A stretch of DNA of 24,790 bases from a virus (lineage: Duplodnaviria; Caudoviricetes). Of this stretch, positions 22,042 to 24,790 are shown in pieces. A program made the translations under genes and the position numbers. Location of the stretch: positions 1-24,790 of the IMG/VR virus record IMGVR_UViG_3300032332_000233, one strand, 5' to 3'. A model generated the notes under the pieces. It did not search any database and was not told the DNA's origin. It saw only the letters and a list, made by a program, of their open reading frames with translations. Each line of letters opens with the position of its first letter. The first letter of the stretch is position 1.

Positions 22042-23889
22042 TTATTGCTCCGGAGTAGAAACAAGGTCGTTCCACAGCATCACCATGGCGAGCTGCATGA
22101 TTTCGCAGTCATGCAGATGGTCGGGCCACTTTTGGTTCCTCTTAACCCAGACGTGTTTGATCCGGCCGGCGCGGTTGGCTTGTGGTCGTAGGACGTGTGA
22201 GTCGAGGTGCCGCCAGTAGAGATCGGGTTCTGCGATGTAGGCACCTTCGGCCTGGACACTGGGCGGATCCTGATGGACGCCCCATTCCCGGTCGATGTCG
22301 CCCTTCCTTAGCCTAGAGAGCATATCGCGGAGGTGCTCGGTGTCGAATACTAGGAGCGGCTGCACCACGTCGGTACGCATCGAGGAAGATGTCGACAGGC
22401 CGAACGGGTGGACGGCGCCGGAAGCTGTCGTGAACCGGGCTCCGGTCTCTCGTCCTTTGAGCGGCATCCAGCCGATCACCATGGGCTTCCTTAGGCCGCC
22501 TTCCGGTGGGTAGCGCAGGCCACACGGGAACGTGATTGGGTTGGATGTCACCGAGGAATAGGCGGCGCAGGCGTCGTAGACCGTCTGCGTGTTGAAGCCG
22601 GAGTCGATGCCCACATCCATGTCGTGCACATTGAGGGCCACCTGCACCCGGCGGAGGGCTGCGAAGTCGTCGGCATGGCCGGCAGCGATCAATGTCGAGT
22701 TGCCGTCCTTCCATTCGCGGCATACCCACCACAGGAACGGCGCCACGGCCTGGACGTCTGCGGTCAGGTAGCGGCGGCCGCCATCGAGCGTCACGGTGGC
22801 AGATGTCTCGGGTCGTTCCTGTTGGATGTCCTGTTGTTCCCAAGGCTCGGCCAAGTTGCCGTTGATGAAGCCCTGGAGGCCGGCCATCGAGGATTTGGCT
22901 TCGAGGAAGGCCACGGCCAGATGGCCCCAGGTGCATTTGCGGTCGGGGCTGTAAAGGCTCGACAGGTGGTAGGATCGAACACCGGGCATGGCGTTGGGAT
23001 TCTCTGGGCGCCATTGTCCATGGCGGAGGGCTGCCACCTTGTGGGCATCGGTGATCTTGCCGAGGCAGAGCTGGCAGACGTAGTGGGCGGAGGCTCGGAT
23101 CTTGGCTAGATCGTGTTTGCCGTCCTCGGTCTTGGCGTCGTCCCAGGTCACTTGGCGCCATTCCAGTTTGATCAGCTCCCGGCAATGTGGGCAGGGTAGG
23201 TAGTACCGGCGCTGGTCCCCGCGGAGGAAGCGCTGCCAGATCCGGCCTTCGACCACGGTGGGCGTGCTGGTCATGAAGGCCTTGGAGCTGGAGAACGATT
23301 TCAGACGCTGCTCGGCCAGGTCGAGGGCATCGGCTTCCTTACTGGTGGCCTCGGCGAACTTGTCCACCTCGTCGGCGATCAGCACCCGTACCGGGCGAGA
23401 GGCAAGGTTTGCCGGGCTGTTGGATCCGACAAACGTCAGGGTCGACCGTGTAAAGTTCTGCTCCAGGTTGGTGATCTTGTCGGCCTCGGCCGGGAAGCAT
23501 TCGAGCATTGTCGGACTGTCCTCCAGCATGGGCAGCCAGCGGCTCTTACTGAATGATCGGGCGAGATTTTCGGAAGGCATCAGCCACAAGGCCGGGCTGG
23601 GCTCGTTTGCGATCAACCAGGCCAGGCCGGCCATCAGGGTGGTGGTCTTCGATGTCTGTGACCCCCAGCACAGTGTCACCTCGGAGACCGATGGGTTCTT
23701 CCAGTCTTCCATGGGCTCCCGGGTGTAGGGCCTGACCGACGTGGAAAACGGCCCCGGGTGCTCGGTCTGCCGTTGGGTAAGCCGTAGGTTGGCCTCGGAC
23801 CATTCGACCACCGTCTGCTGCGGGGTGGGCCGGTAGAGGTTGCGGCGGTAGTCTAACAGGCTGCGCTGGAGATCGGTCAGGCTTTCCAT
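22042..23889 (-). CDS. Terminase large subunit, lambda GpA family
   Basis: PYTREPM, GSQTSKTT (Walker A variant), LIADEVDK (Walker B), STPT, GDQRRYYLPCPHC, LSSLYSP, TADVQ, IDSG and HLHDCE. Start taken at MESLTD (23889). Confidence 0.95.
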   Translation of the reverse strand: MESLTDLQRSLLDYRRNLYRPTPQQTVVEWSEANLRLTQRQTEHPGPFSTSVRPYTREPMEDWKNPSVSEVTLCWGSQTSKTTTLMAGLAWLIANEPSPALWLMPSENLARSFSKSRWLPMLEDSPTMLECFPAEADKITNLEQNFTRSTLTFVGSNSPANLASRPVRVLIADEVDKFAEATSKEADALDLAEQRLKSFSSSKAFMTSTPTVVEGRIWQRFLRGDQRRYYLPCPHCRELIKLEWRQVTWDDAKTEDGKHDLAKIRASAHYVCQLCLGKITDAHKVAALRHGQWRPENPNAMPGVRSYHLSSLYSPDRKCTWGHLAVAFLEAKSSMAGLQGFINGNLAEPWEQQDIQQERPETSATVTLDGGRRYLTADVQAVAPFLWWVCREWKDGNSTLIAAGHADDFAALRRVQVALNVHDMDVGIDSGFNTQTVYDACAAYSSVTSNPITFPCGLRYPPEGGLRKPMVIGWMPLKGRETGARFTTASGAVHPFGLSTSSSMRTDVVQPLLVFDTEHLRDMLSRLRKGDIDREWGVHQDPPSVQAEGAYIAEPDLYWRHLDSHVLRPQANRAGRIKHVWVKRNQKWPDHLHDCEIMQLAMVMLWNDLVSTPEQ

Positions 23890-24512
23890 GGGTCGGTATT
23901 GTGTAACGTCTTGAGGCAAACCTCCTGCACCCACCTGGTCAATTCACGCTCGGCGTGCTCTGGGTCGTGCGGTGCTATCCGGCCGGAGAGCTGTTTCGGC
24001 ATGGCCTTCAGCAACGAGGCCACCGCCCCGTCATGCTCCTGCATCACCTTCCGCACCCAGTCGCCGGAGACTAGGCGCCGTTCTTTCTCGGCCTGGGCGA
24101 TCACCTCGTCACGGGCCGACGTAAGGTTCTTTGCCGCGGCTGCATGGATTGAGACAAGGCGGGCGGTGTCGGCACGGCCTTCTTTCATGGCCACGACAAC
24201 CAGCTTGTAGGCTTCCAGCTCGATTTGCCTCTGTCTCTCGTAGGCGCCTTCTGGGGAATCGCAGGAGGCTGTTGCTGTGTTGATATGGTTTGAGGCTTCC
24301 GCAGGCCTGTAGGGGCCTTCTTGTTCGATTGCGGTGGGTTCCTGTTGGTGCGGTGTGTCGATGTGTTGCGTAGTAGCTTTGGCGCGGATGTTTTTCTTCC
24401 GCCAGGCATCGGCGGCCTCCGGGCTGTCCATAGGCATCCCCTTCGCCACCAGTTGGGTGACGTAGCCATGGGAAACACCGGCGTGTTTGGCGTATCCTCG
24501 TTGTGTCATCAT
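23877..24512 (-). CDS. Terminase small subunit (Nu1-like, 211 aa)
   Basis: N-terminal HTH TQRGYAKHAGVSHGYVTQLVAKGMP, coiled coil, and LVSGDWV...LLKAMPKQL; directly upstream of GpA. Confidence 0.8.
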   Translation of the reverse strand: MMTQRGYAKHAGVSHGYVTQLVAKGMPMDSPEAADAWRKKNIRAKATTQHIDTPHQQEPTAIEQEGPYRPAEASNHINTATASCDSPEGAYERQRQIELEAYKLVVVAMKEGRADTARLVSIHAAAAKNLTSARDEVIAQAEKERRLVSGDWVRKVMQEHDGAVASLLKAMPKQLSGRIAPHDPEHAERELTRWVQEVCLKTLHNTDPWKA

Positions 24513-24736
24513 GGCGTCAAGGCCTTCAATATTTCCGGAGGCAGCATCGAGTTGGGAACGGTGGCGGCGTATTGAAGCGCCCGGAAAACACCGTCACGCC
24601 GGCTGTCCTGAGCATTTGGCACGCAATATCCTGCCAGTTGCTCGGGTGGCGTGCCTTGCTTCATCAAACGAATAAACCAGGCCACGTTTGCCACGCCGTA
24701 CTGATCGACAAGGAACCGGATGTGATTGTTTTGCAT
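24509..24736 (-). CDS. Hypothetical protein (75 aa)
   Basis: ATGA-coupled to the terminase small subunit; no family recognised. Confidence 0.65.
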   Translation of the reverse strand: MQNNHIRFLVDQYGVANVAWFIRLMKQGTPPEQLAGYCVPNAQDSRRDGVFRALQYAATVPNSMLPPEILKALTP

Positions 24737-24790
24737 AGGTATTGTTCTTGACGGTTACACGCACAGAATCATAGGGGTCTCGCGTTCACC

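Noticed and set aside
22313-23185. 290-aa alternative-frame ORF inside the terminase
   Set aside because: Arg/Pro-rich off-frame artefact fully nested in a well-supported gene.
1-24790. Stop-codon reassignment, tRNA genes, introns or inteins
   Set aside because: Genes tile the window tightly under the standard code using all three stops; terminase and portal are normal length; no tRNA-like sequence was noticed.

Overview
This is about 25 kb of a tailed dsDNA phage or prophage (Caudoviricetes, siphovirus-like). Nearly all genes are on the minus strand, so it reads right to left. The order is: lambda-type terminase small and large (GpA) subunits, a gpW-position gene, a lambda-type portal, and a ClpP protease/major capsid fusion. 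A putative head-fibre module with an S74-chaperone fibre and a holin/spanin-like cassette with no endolysin come next, then neck and tail genes with a very short tape measure and a 924-aa tail-tip candidate. After these come a lone plus-strand HEXXH gene divergent from a metallophosphoesterase, and a putative early/middle operon: lysozyme-fold gene, RHH protein, RuvC-like resolvase, a chain of small translationally coupled ORFs and a truncated SSB-like gene. The strongest oddities are (1) a small-ORF array joined by a repeated 19-bp SD+stop/start junction with shuffled sub-gene modules, (2) short LxEDG and DSTxxTxDST peptides in an adaptor and a neck protein that may dock trimeric fibres, (3) a probable internal start for the capsid protein, and (4) a candidate pseudoknotted RNA upstream of the lysozyme-fold gene. 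All calls come from motif recognition and synteny by eye; no searches were run.
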